From assembly GCA_000182565.2 (NCBI GenBank), contig KQ257453.1: DNA of 64,000 nt. The stretch is one strand, 5' to 3'. Below, piece by piece: positions 1 through 11,513 of the stretch. Positions within the stretch are counted from its first letter, which is position 1. The number at the start of each line of letters is the position of its first letter. The notes under the pieces are model-generated. The model made no database searches. It worked only from the letters and a program-made list of their open reading frames with translations, and was not told where the DNA came from. Made by a program: the position numbers and the translations under genes. Source of the stretch: Spizellomyces punctatus DAOM BR117. Its lineage: Eukaryota.

Positions 1-139
1 AAGACCCGGATTGCGGCGCAAGTGGTGCAATGTGAAGAAGATAATAATAAAGTCTCTGTTCAAAAACATGTTGCAAATACAAAATATAAAACACTTGATA
101 ACACATTTCCACTAATGTTGCTGTCAATCACGAATGCTG

Positions 140-590
140 CTACGACCTTGCATTTTCGATAGCCTTAAGAATGTCTTGAGCAACCTCCTCAGGCGTCCTG
201 CCATCCTCCACCTCAAATATAATCTTTGCCCATTGGGACCCATCCGCCAGATCTAGAGCAATAGCCGTCGCCTTCTTTCTAGCATAAATAAAATCCGGTT
301 TCCGGTGAAGGTGATAAAAATTGCCTATAAACAACCATGTATTAGACGCTGTATCCGGCCTCGTCAATCTCTCCAAAAAAGTAAAACCTACCAGCATAAA
401 AGACGCCCGGCACACTCGTCCCAACACGGAGCCCATTCCAGCAGACGCACAGGTCGTCTGGCCGAACACGGACGTTCGTAATGTGTTTAAGTGGGACGGA
501 CACGGGTGAGAATTGCACTGCGAGGAGTTTTTGACATGTTGTGAGGGAAAGGACAAGGTCAGTTGACGTTAATTGGAGAGTTGGGGCCAT
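140..590 (-). CDS. Small (~127 aa) two-exon protein resembling an uncharacterised, mainly actinobacterial, family
   Basis: ATG at 590. Exon 1 (590-392) reads MAPTLQLTSTDLVLSLTTCQKLLAV...VPLKHITNVRVR...GLRVGTSVPGVFYAG. A 67-nt intron (GTAGGT...TTATAG, 391-325) joins it in frame to exon 2 (324-140), GNFYHLHRKPDF...AIALDLADGSQWAKIIFEVEDGRTPEEVA. Confidence 0.7.
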
Positions 591-1129
591 GGCTTCTGAG
601 AAACGATAAACAAAACAAAAAGAAAATCGCAAAAGTGAAATGGAAAAGGTTGGGAGGGATTCCTGCGCTTGTCTTTTTGTACTCGAGGACTGATGGGTCA
701 TCAGATTTATTTCTGGAAACGCGACCCGCGCAGGTGGGGGCTTCTGCCAAGTCCACAGTAGGCAAGAACAACTTGGCAAGAGTATTCCTGGGGCAACATT
801 TCTCTTTTTAACAAACAATGGCATCTATTTCACATCCGAAATTCTCCATACACATTTCCTAATGCTTTGTTGGCAGAGAAGTTACAATATCCCATATCGT
901 ATTCTCTTTTGCCCCCAACATGTGTGTCGTCTTGAAGGAATCAAACGATTAATGGATCCCAATCCACACATATTGGCCGCATTGTGTATGACGATTCGGA
1001 TCCGCAGAAATAACTGCCAAGGCAGTAGGGTCACACGTTGGCTTCCGGGGATCCACACATGGTTATAGATGTATTTACCAACCCGCCACTGAACCGTAGT
1101 GTAGCGTAGCGTATTCCCCTCTGTTTATC

Positions 1130-2069
1130 CTAAATATGGTGAATACCCGACTTGGCTCTAAAGCGAAACAAAGCCCTAAAGACTAAAATTGTCCAATATG
1201 TGTTCAATCCAGTAAACACTACATAATTGATGCATGTCAGAATCCAGACAATGCCTGGCAGCCGCCGTAGTCGTTGCCAGAGGAGGAGTGGCCGGGCAAT
1301 GGCAACTGTGGCCTTGGCCGGAAGGGATCCTTGACCGGAACGCTCTTCCACCTTTTGCACAATGTTGTTCTCCCTCACATCCGCGTCGTTTGTTCGCTTT
1401 GTAACACGGAGAGCGTACCAGAGACCCAAGGGTCCTGCTGGCGCACGCACCAATAAAAACAATACGCATCGAACAATCAACCAAAATTCATACGCCTTGC
1501 CCGTTTCCTTGCCCAGTTTTTGCATCACCCACAAGACATTTGTCGCAACCACGGTTAGTTCGCTTGGTAAGAACACGGCTGGAAAATAGCTGGCTACTTT
1601 GTAATGCCGCATGAAACCCGCCCCCAGGGCTCCAAGAACGTGGTGAATCCAGGCAGATGGATGCTGCCTTCCCACGATCCCCATTACATAACTATCATAT
1701 AATGTGTAGCCTGTCATATTTGTTAATTTAGAATAATTTGGTGCTGAATAAGCTGGAACGAAACTTACCGATATGGGCAGCAAGAGTTCGGTCCAAGAGT
1801 TCAGGATAAGGTTCAATAACATCCTCAGAGTATGGTTGACGCTTCAATAGTAAGTATAAGGAACTAACGGAAACAGTGAGTGCGTTCACAGTCGATGGAA
1901 GCTTTTCTGCAAGGAACAAAAGATCGGCGGAATTCAGACGCGCAAGTGTTGCGGGGGATAGATAGTGTATAAGCTGAGCCGCGATTTTGTGGAGAATCAG
2001 GTGGAAACCTAGCGGAACTAGGACTTGGGCATCTGCAAATTGCTTGAGAGGAAGACTCGGGACAGGCAT
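1130..2069 (-). CDS. TLC (TRAM/LAG1/CLN8) domain membrane protein
   Basis: Two exons (intron about 1769-1712). Motifs GYTLYD, WIHH, SELTV and LNTYW, with multiple hydrophobic segments. Confidence 0.8.
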
Positions 2070-2240
2070 CTTGCGTTGCCTGTCGCCATTCGCCGCACAA
2101 GCTCCGGGATCGAAGAGTCCGGGAGTCCGCGCGCAATCGCAGCGCGCAGCAGTCACGTGCGATGCCAGCTATCTGGAACCGCCCGCTCATTGCAGTCTCC
2201 ATTTGGTTGCTCAATTCCGTGTCAAAGCAGAACTGTAGCC

Positions 2241-4543
2241 ATGCTCGACGCTGTCACAGTTTTGACCAAGGGGGGTTTGGTCCTTTGGTCTAAAGCGTAC
2301 ACCGATATCCGCGGCCCGCAAAATCCCATTGACAGTCTAATTCGCGACGTGCTGATCGAGGAGAAGGCTAGCAGTGACGGATATGTCAAGGATAACTGGA
2401 GAGTCAAGTGGACCTTTGCCAATGAGCTGGGATTGATATTTGTCGTGAGTGCCCCCACGTTGAACCGAGCTCCGTAGATTGCCTCGCTCATGGCTTTGTG
2501 ACGTGACAGATAGTATATCAAAAGATCCTTCAGCTCGCGTACATTGACGAACTCTTGGAAGCTTTTAAGCGTCTGTTTTGCAAAGACTATGCGTCCAAAA
2601 TTGCCACCCCAGACATTCTCAACTCATATGACGATTTTGAACAAAAATTCGACACGCTATTAGCCGCATTGGAAGCAGACGAGCTGAAGGTAATCCACTG
2701 TCACCGAACTCCATGCTCATTAGAAACACTGATTGGATTGTCAAATTTTCAAGGCCAAGAAGTCAAAGGGACCTAGAAAGTTTGAAGATACCAAGGGATA
2801 TCAAAACACGCTGGCGGGATCCAAAAACACTGACAAAGGTAGCTAAAGAATATCTGCGTGATGCTCTCCTTGCCGCTATTGACCTCTATTTGCTTCAAAC
2901 ATGTAAAAGACACGTCAAGTGCACAATTAGCACCCGAAGACACCGATAGTGAATCGCACTCTTCCAAATCGGTTGGAGACAGCCTGGACGAAAAGTTGAA
3001 CGCGCTAGGACTGACTGGCCGACGGGGTGCCAAGGGAAAGCGGAGAGGCGGGAAAACATCCGGAGGGTCCAGAAATGCAAGTCAAGAGTCATCACCGGTC
3101 GAAGGGTATGTCTCATTGTGGCTGCAATCTGGTTGTAGTTATCGTATTGAACCGCTGTGGTGTTTCCAGGCGAAAGTCAGTTAAGGCATCGCGGACATGG
3201 GTGGGTGGCGTTGCGGGATCAACAACGTCGGGGAATTTGGACTATAGTGATTCCAAGGAACCCACGTCAGTAGTTCCTTCTGGGGATCTGGTGGGTTGAC
3301 CAGACATGCGCAAGGAACGTCTGGAGTGGTCAGCATCTAACCTCAACTCTTAGGTTGGGACAGCCCTTGGAAGCCGAACAGCGGACGGTTTGTACGACGC
3401 ATTAGAAATGGACGAGAGACCATCCGACGATGAGAATGATGAAACCACAGAATCAACAAGCACCAAGCCAAAGGGCATCCTTTCCTTCTTCCAGAACCTA
3501 ACTAGTGCCAAAGTTCTCAAGCGAGAGGACTTGGAGCCGATCATGGCCAAAATGCGCGAACACATGGTCAACAAAAATGTAGCAGCAGATGTCGCAGACC
3601 ACCTCTCTGAATCTGTTCTACAAGGTCTTACTGGCCAAAAGATTGGAGCCTTTTCATCTCTAACATCCGCTGTCAAATCCCAAATGGAATCTGCACTTCG
3701 TCGGATTTTGACTCCTCGCACGTCAACCGACGTACTACGCGACATCTTCTCCGCACAGCAATCTGGACGACCTTACACAATCACATTCGTGGGTGTGAAC
3801 GGAGTCGGGAAGAGTACGAATCTCTCCAAAGTGTGCTTTTGGCTCTTGCAGAATAATTTAAAGGTTCTGATTGCCGCGTGTGATACCTTCCGATCGGGTG
3901 CTGTGGAGCAGTTACGAGTTCATGAGAGGAACTTGAGAATTGTGAGACCTGGTGCGATTGTAGAGTTGTTTGATCGGGGGTATGGAAAGGATCCAGCGGG
4001 GATTGCCAAAGATGCCATTGCCTATGGTAAGGACCATTGTTTGGATAGAAACCGCAAAAGCATTGTTCTCATTTCGGTCTCCGCAGCCAAAAACAACCAT
4101 TTCGACGTTGTTCTCATTGACACAGCGGGCCGGATGCAAGATAACGAACCGCTCATGCGGGCGCTTGCAAAGCTTGTTGCCGTTAATAACCCAGACAAGG
4201 TCATCTTTGTCGGTGAAGCCCTCGTAGGCAATGAAGCCGTAGATCAGCTGACCAAATTCAATCAAGCGTTGAAAGATTTCAGTGGTCTCTCAAATCCCAG
4301 GCAGATTGATGGAATGATCTTGACAAAGTTTGATACCATTGACGATAAAGTGAGCCATGGACTATATTTTTAAAACTATCTTTGCATGATGAATGCTAAC
4401 TCTGGTCGGAATAGGTTGGCGCGGCACTTTCCATGACATATATTACCGGACAGCCGATCCTCTTTGTGGGAACCGGTCAGACGTACACGGATTTGAGAAA
4501 GATGAATGTTAGGAGTATAGTTAATTCACTCCTGGCCAAATAG
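2241..4543 (+). CDS. SRP101: Signal recognition particle receptor alpha subunit (SRX + NG GTPase), multi-exon
   Basis: N-terminus [16 protein letters not shown]. GTPase motifs [33 protein letters not shown] and TKFDT. Stop TAG at 4541-4543. Confidence 0.97.
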
Positions 4544-4753
4544 GTGTAGGGGACGGCCCGTTTGGAGGGGCAGCAGGCTGTTACTTTGGACCAGAACGGT
4601 CATATTCCAGATTTGATGTTGGATAACGTGTTGATCGTGCGGTCCGCGATGCAAATAGATGGTTTCATTGCAGGAGAAATACGAAATGCTTTATTGCATT
4701 GCACTGTCCCACGCAACACAACACAAGAGTTATATTCACAATAATTTTTGTAT

Positions 4754-5566
4754 TTACCGCTTCTCACATCTGAGAATAACGGCAGCATCATTATGGTCTT
4801 CCATGGAGAGTGCTCTCAACCCAGTGTCGGCTGCATATGTTGAAACGCGTAGCCAGGACTGAAACCCAGGCATCACCGATGCAGACTCTACCTCATCATC
4901 GCCATCTTTGGCCCATGTTTTCAAACCCCCTACAAACGCCAACTCTGGCTCGGCCAATGATGCCGCCACGATAGTTTCCTTTTTACCGCGACCAAACAGT
5001 CCAGCCAAGCTCAATCCTCTCCTTTGCTTTCTTTCACCCTGCTGTTGCCCTCCACCAAGTGCTATCAACGGATCTACCCCGAAATATCTCCCCAGCATAA
5101 CCTTGGCAGTCCCTTCTCCAAGACCATAAAACATTCCTTGGAAGAACGGGGTAATAACAAGGGAAACAAATGCGCGCAAGTTGGCATATTGCGCCAATGT
5201 ATCGGTTTTACCATTATGTGGGAGAAGGTCAGATGCACTTGGAGGAAGAATTTTCGATTCGATTTCAGCTGATGAATCGGTATCCGTTCCCCCCACGTCT
5301 GACTCATCGTCCGCGTCCGATGGGTGCGTGAACTTTGACCGACGCTTCGAATGGGTCGTGCGGGTAGCATGCTGTGTCCTTCGCGGGGAAATGGGTCTCG
5401 GATGGGAAAGGATGGTGGGAGATGGGTCTGCGGGAGCGGTGGCTGCGGTTAGACCGGGAGATGCTGGTGTTGGCGTGACAGGAGTGTTTGGAGGGACTTG
5501 ATGAACCGGAGACGATGCCGTTTGAGGTCGACGCGTAGGGTCGAGAGGTAGCGTATGAATCGTCAT
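4754..5566 (-). CDS. Probable Mim1-like mitochondrial outer-membrane import protein
   Basis: Intronless 270-aa ORF. The single hydrophobic segment VITPFFQGMFYGLGEGTAKVMLG resembles the Mim1 motif (PF..G.M.G.GE); the flanks are low-complexity. Confidence 0.55.
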   Translation of the reverse strand: MTIHTLPLDPTRRPQTASSPVHQVPPNTPVTPTPASPGLTAATAPADPSPTILSHPRPISPRRTQHATRTTHSKRRSKFTHPSDADDESDVGGTDTDSSAEIESKILPPSASDLLPHNGKTDTLAQYANLRAFVSLVITPFFQGMFYGLGEGTAKVMLGRYFGVDPLIALGGGQQQGERKQRRGLSLAGLFGRGKKETIVAASLAEPELAFVGGLKTWAKDGDDEVESASVMPGFQSWLRVSTYAADTGLRALSMEDHNDAAVILRCEKR

Positions 5567-5770
5567 GTCGTGCTGGCGTTGAACAAGCGCTCTTGTGAGA
5601 GGGATGGAAATTCAAAAGAGATGATGGTGACGAGAAAATACGGGCTGACACTCTGCGTTGATCGCCCCCGTGGCCGACTGACTGTAGTGGCACAGTCATC
5701 TTATGGATGTCATTCCAAGTTCCAAACCCGACGCCCGTCAGGTAGGCGCACATCTCATGTGAACAAGGAC

Positions 5771-6676
5771 ATGATGAATACACTTACTGGAACCATCGCC
5801 GTAGAACACGGAAAACTGTTCTATACGCACACTCCCGCATATCCTGCAGTCACCCAAAGACCCCCGTTGCTACTCATCCATGCAGGTGTTGCTGATCACT
5901 CAATGTGGGAGACGACTGTGGCTCACTTTAGCCAGAGAGGACACCAAGTCATCACATATGACACTAGAGGGTACGGCCAAACCCGAAATGATACTACAGC
6001 TCCAGAAACTGCGTCATACAGTAATGTCGACGACGCGATTGCATTGCTAGATCACCTTGGAGTGAACCAAGTTGTTGTCGTCGGTAACTCTCGCGGTGGA
6101 GCGATTGCCTTAGATATCGCATTACAGTTTCCTAAACGAGTAATTGGGGTCGTCCATATTTGTGGTGGAGTGGGCGGGTTAGAAGGTCCAGAATATGATG
6201 AGACTACCAGCGGAACGGACCTTGAGAAGGAGATCTTCACCAAAATCCTTCAGGTCTACAGTGATAAGAATTGGGATGCGTTGGAGGACCTGTTTGCATC
6301 TGCTTGGGCAGATGGAGTTGGACAGCCTTTACGCAGATCAGGACATGTGCATGACCGTGTCAAGCAAATGGTCCATGCCAATTTGGCGGCTCATGAAAAG
6401 AGCGGAGAAGCACTGGCTGTTAAACCCAGACATCCGCAGCCGTCTGCAGCAGAGAGAATTGAACAATTGATGTCTCCGCTGTTGGTGATTGTTGGTGGGC
6501 TGGACACCTCTGCTACCATTAGAACTGCGGATTGGCTGGTCAGTAAAGTAGAAAAGGTTACAAGGGTGGACTTTCCGCAGTGTGCTCATATGGTTAGTTT
6601 GGAGGAGCCTGACAAGTTCCATTGCGTTGTTGAGGAATGGTTGGAAAACAATGTTGGCTGTGTCAAGGCTATATGA
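5771..6676 (+). CDS. Alpha/beta-fold hydrolase, intronless
   Basis: LLIHAG, YDTRGYG, nucleophile elbow GNSRG, catalytic Asp region VGGLD and His region CAHM. Likely start ATG at 5771. Confidence 0.9.
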   Translation: MMNTLTGTIAVEHGKLFYTHTPAYPAVTQRPPLLLIHAGVADHSMWETTVAHFSQRGHQVITYDTRGYGQTRNDTTAPETASYSNVDDAIALLDHLGVNQVVVVGNSRGGAIALDIALQFPKRVIGVVHICGGVGGLEGPEYDETTSGTDLEKEIFTKILQVYSDKNWDALEDLFASAWADGVGQPLRRSGHVHDRVKQMVHANLAAHEKSGEALAVKPRHPQPSAAERIEQLMSPLLVIVGGLDTSATIRTADWLVSKVEKVTRVDFPQCAHMVSLEEPDKFHCVVEEWLENNVGCVKAI

Positions 6677-7439
6677 AATAATCGGTTACTATGTGAATGC
6701 GAAGGACATAGACTTGGAAACAAGCACGTCATTCGTAACCCATCAACTGACATTGGGCTAGTAGCAACAGCCTTCTGTTTGTAACGACGCCTACTACGCA
6801 AGCCCATAAGCCAAAGTCAACAAATCCAATTCTGTATTCACAACCCTTTATCTTAACGAGAACGATGAAGCGAGGTACACTCGAATCTCAATGATATTGT
6901 GTTATAGCACACAATGGAAGTAGAATCCAAGTGCCTTCCGAGAGATATACAATTTCGCCACATTTCAGTAGAGGGTTGAGTAGCGCCATATTATAGGCAG
7001 TTTATGTGCCCATTAAAGAATACAAGATGAACCACATTTTGGCAGTCATTGATATGAAAAGGCGCTGACGCCCGACCAAGAGAGGCATTCACAACGTTTG
7101 CAAGATGACCTATGCAGATTTCGATATCATCATTTTACTATTACTATACATGACCATCGTCACAGGTACTTCCCCTGCACCTCCAATGCTCCATTGGAAA
7201 ATTGTTGCCACTGACCCTCCAAGTACTACAAGATACCATTGTGTGTTATGAATGATATACTCGGGCGCTAATTGCCGAGGCTTGCTGCCGACTAGATCCA
7301 GCTGCTGTTTCATCGGACGTACACAAATTTTCTAACAGACTACAAGGCAAGTCAATTCCCTAATCCCCAAAAAACCCACACTATCCTCCCCGGCAAACAA
7401 CGAAAAAGTAAACAGAAACTAACAGAAAGCAACTTGTTC

Positions 7440-8625
7440 TCACCGTCGTCTGGCGGCTGCGGCATTCTGCTGTACAAACTTTGGTATAGCGTACAGATAT
7501 ATCAGGTTTGCAGCGTTGTAAAGTAAGAGCATGACGTCCCCAAAAACCATCCCGTATATCGCTGCATCGGCCAAGGTAACTATTATAGCCAATCCAGAGA
7601 AGAGGATCATGAAAGATAACACAAAGACCATGCTATGTCCGCTAATGATCCGGTCTTGTTTCTTTTGGACAGGCTTACGCATCGACGGATCGACGGCTGA
7701 AGAGGCGCGAATATCGCGTGTGGAGGGTAAAGAGCGGACCGCCGACGAAGGTGCGCTCTCATGGAGATCTGTCGTCGATGTTCCGCCTGCACTGGATTGG
7801 AGTAACTCGGAGACCGCAGTAGGAATTGCCAAAAACAATGATTTAAATGTCCAAGGTTGACGAGCCGGTGGACTTTGTCCAACGTCTGCAGCCGTTGCCC
7901 GACTGCTAGCACCAGGATCCACTACATTTTTCCGCATCTTCAATACCAATCTCAGTGATGCAACTGCGAGGGCCCAATCAACAAGAATGTCCCACACGAG
8001 TGGAAGCCCAAGGGCACCCCATGCTGCATATTTCTCGAATTGGGTGACCCTTCCTTTTGTAAGGATGAGGGCCCATGCTACGGCGCCGTATCCCCATCCC
8101 ACGGCGGTGAAGAAGGCGGTTAGGGTGAGAAGCAGGATTCGGAGCCAGCGGGGATAGAACGTAATGTGATCGAATACGCCTGGAGGTTATCAAGGGTTTA
8201 AATAAGGGAATTGGAGAATTGGAAAGGACCAGGCAATCAGTCAGTACGTACCAAAACGGACAATATTAATGACGTTTACAATGGCACCACATGCAATCGT
8301 CGCCGTGCTAAAAAAAAAATAGAGAACATGTAATTTAGCGCCCTGCATTGCCATCAGGCAACGACGAAAAGCAAGTAACTTACTACATCAAAAAGGTCCA
8401 TATGCCTTCAAAGCATCCTACGCCCTGCCTAGTGACAACATGATCGACCACGAACCCCAGCATGCTCATCAAACTCGTAAAAATGGCAACCCATGACACT
8501 ATTAGTGCCAAGTTAAATTTCGACTTTCGGGCCATATATCGACGGACGGTGTAAGCTATTCCAACTAGCGCTAGACATGACCCAAGAGCGAGGAACGGCA
8601 CGCTGATGTGCATGACACTAGCCAA
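7440..8625 (-). CDS. Multi-pass (possibly 7-TM, GPCR-like) membrane protein
   Basis: Several exons with successive hydrophobic helices and a long polar loop before the last two TM segments. No recognised family motif. Confidence 0.55.
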
Positions 8626-9550
8626 AAGAGAACAAGGTTGACGTTAATTCTAAAAGTGTCGCCCATTGACACTTGTTTGAGGAGTCGCCTACTTTTGCGG
8701 GTATTTGGCTACGCAAATGTCGAGGTTATGAGGCAAAGAGTTGTTGTGCATGGTTGCAACAGTGAGCGAGTCTCTTTGACACCGCTATCAAGACTTTTTA
8801 TTTCGCAGCCTTGTTTAAAAAAAAGAGTAAAGTCCATAAAAACCCGAAAGTAAGCTTGCCGCACGGGCATTTTGATAACCGCTAGCTTTATGCAAGTCCG
8901 TTGTTTGTTGAGCGGATCCTCTGATTTACTAAAAACTCTTTTTTTTTCTGGGTCATGGAAAGTAATCAAAAAGATTGCTATTCATTGCGTCGTATTTCTG
9001 GACACCACCCCATTACCTATCAAAAGGATCTGCCCAAAGTGCGAGACGGGCACAAGAATCAAAACAAAAGATTGTTTATTTGAGGCACCATCAACAAACC
9101 ATTGAGAGTTCCTCAACTGGGTACTTTGTTAATTCCCCATGTCTGCCGTTTTCTAATTCCAACCGTCCATTCTTCCTTTATGAATTTACATTGTACTTGT
9201 CACCCATAACATGCTTAACCTTGTTAAACTTCCGCCGAGGTAAACAAAAGCCCTCGAGGGTTGCGTTGATTTTAACTTTAGATTTGGTTCAATCCGTCAC
9301 ATGGCCTATATTGGATTAATTGCATTTGAACGATTGCATTTAACAATTTAAGAGGGCGGAGCTAAAAACTTCACAAAGATTTCAAGCACCGCAAGAATCT
9401 TGGCACCGACAAGAAACGCATAAAGAATGCACGTTATCCTACCCTCATTACCTCATCTAAGAACAATATTTTACATTTCAAAGGCTATGCTATTCTACAA
9501 ACACATACACTCATTCCCCCACTATGTTGCAAAGACTGTATGCTGTGCTA

Positions 9551-11157
9551 CTAACGCCGTGCTCTTGATTCATATGGATGAAACCTGCGGGTAGAGTTAA
9601 GAGATTGTACTATGGAAATGCGTCCATCATGCACGAAACCAACCTGCGAGATTGGGACTTTAGAGGCACATCGTCCCTCGAGTTCCGTCTCACAGGCCAT
9701 GACAGCTCTAAACCACTATCTCTACGTTCAAATTTTGTGGCGGAGCAATCGATGGTTGACGAAATCGGAGATGAACAGGATTCACTTTCTGAAATTGGCG
9801 ACGGAGAGGAACATTGGCGGCGGCCAAGAGGCCCTGAGCAGTTCATATAGGGAAGGTTCTTTTTCGGGAGATCCAAGCCAATTCTCGTAGTCTTCCGGTT
9901 CGTCGCACAGGTTTCCCCGCAGTACCATGTTATTTCGTTAGAATCTGCCCACACTGAATCCGGAATCTTTCCATGACATTCGATGTGATACGCTGTCGAA
10001 TCGATATGAGAAACACAGCCCCATACTAGCGTGGTCAATAAATCTCACCTCGAGGACAGCCATCACATTGAACAAGAACTGTGCCGTTCGGGGAAGTTCT
10101 CTGGAAGCACACAATGCAAAAGTCTTGCAGGACAGGACGACATCGTTCACCTAACGATTCTCCTCGGAACTGAGTCAGATCGAGCCTGCTTTGCTTATCA
10201 GCATATCCATAGCCTTTGTAGTCACATCCATGTTTACTAGAGTTTGATGCGTTAGATCCCAGATCATTGGAGCCGACATTAGCATGATCCATAACCTACT
10301 TGCACAAGGTCCTCCGTCCCCAGGGACCAGGCCTGAACGCTGCAGTCTGTCCAGCTTTGGTCACTCCACAATACCGACACCAGTCAATACCCTTTTGAGT
10401 AAACTCCTCATATATAGTTGGTCTATGCGATTGGCGTACGACACAATCCTTGACAGGTTCATCATCTCCATCAATATCAATCATTTCGTCTTCTACGTCC
10501 ACCTCCAGTACTCCGTCTGATATGCTTTCGATATCATCATCCTCCCTACCCGCGATTACTGCACTCCCATCCGTAAGATCATCCAGATCCGAGTCACAAT
10601 CAAGAATCTCCAGATGTTCACTTTTACATGGAACACTCTCTGGGGGTTCGGGACTTGGCGAAAACAACACCGGATCTGACAAGTCGCCAAAAATTCGCCC
10701 GGATGTGATCGTGTCATCAACGCCGTTGTTTTCAGCGGTCAGATTAGCTTCCCTGTGATATGTATCGTATGTTAGCAGGTTGGCATTCATAACGCTGTAT
10801 CGTGGGAACTTACGCATCTGCCGCCAATCCACTGAGCAAGTTTTCACCAAGTCCAGCCTGCAGCGCCTCCTGCAGAGGATTCAGCTCAAAGGAATCGCTC
10901 CTATCAATCACGTCTGAAGGATCGATGTCAATATCCTCTGCAGCCTCTTCGACCACCGCTGCTGTGGCGTTGGGCGGAAAAAGGCACGGATTCGGCAAGC
11001 TGGATGACTTTAAAGGGCCCGCGGGTATCACTATCGCAGTGAACATGGAGTCACTGTAATGGTGGGTATATTCGTCGACCAAGGCATCCGTGTTGCTCGG
11101 CGGCTCCAAGGGAAGGAAGGGAAGTGTGTGATACGGGTGCGTTGGCATTTCCAGCAT
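9551..11157 (-). CDS. GATA-type zinc finger plus PHD finger protein
   Basis: Spliced WCRYCG...FRPGPWGRRTLCNKHG (GATA-like), followed by CIVC...LVQCDGCPRAYHIECH...WYCGETC (PHD). Putative last exon RFHPYESRARR*. Ends approximate. Confidence 0.85.
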
Positions 11158-11513
11158 ACTTGTCAATTGTCTTTTAGTCTTCTTCTTTACACACACTCGT
11201 CTGTTTTGCTTCCAAACCCTGGTAGCAAGCTGTAATTTCTTGAACGAAATTCGTTGGCAAGTTGACAGCTGAAAGGGGAGTTTCCCTTCAATCTGACACC
11301 GCGCGTGTGGCCATGGAGGTTGTGGCCATTACAAGTGTGAGGTCATTCTCTCGGGCGATGGAAATGGCCAGAGATCCAATCAAACTTTCCGGTTTCATAT
11401 CTGGATGGATTGCATGCATTCCATGGATCCAGTGTATTATAGTCACATGACATTTATGAATTCTTTTTGACGAGCGTTCAAACTACCAGTAGGTCTTGTT
11501 TGCTTTTTGCAAC

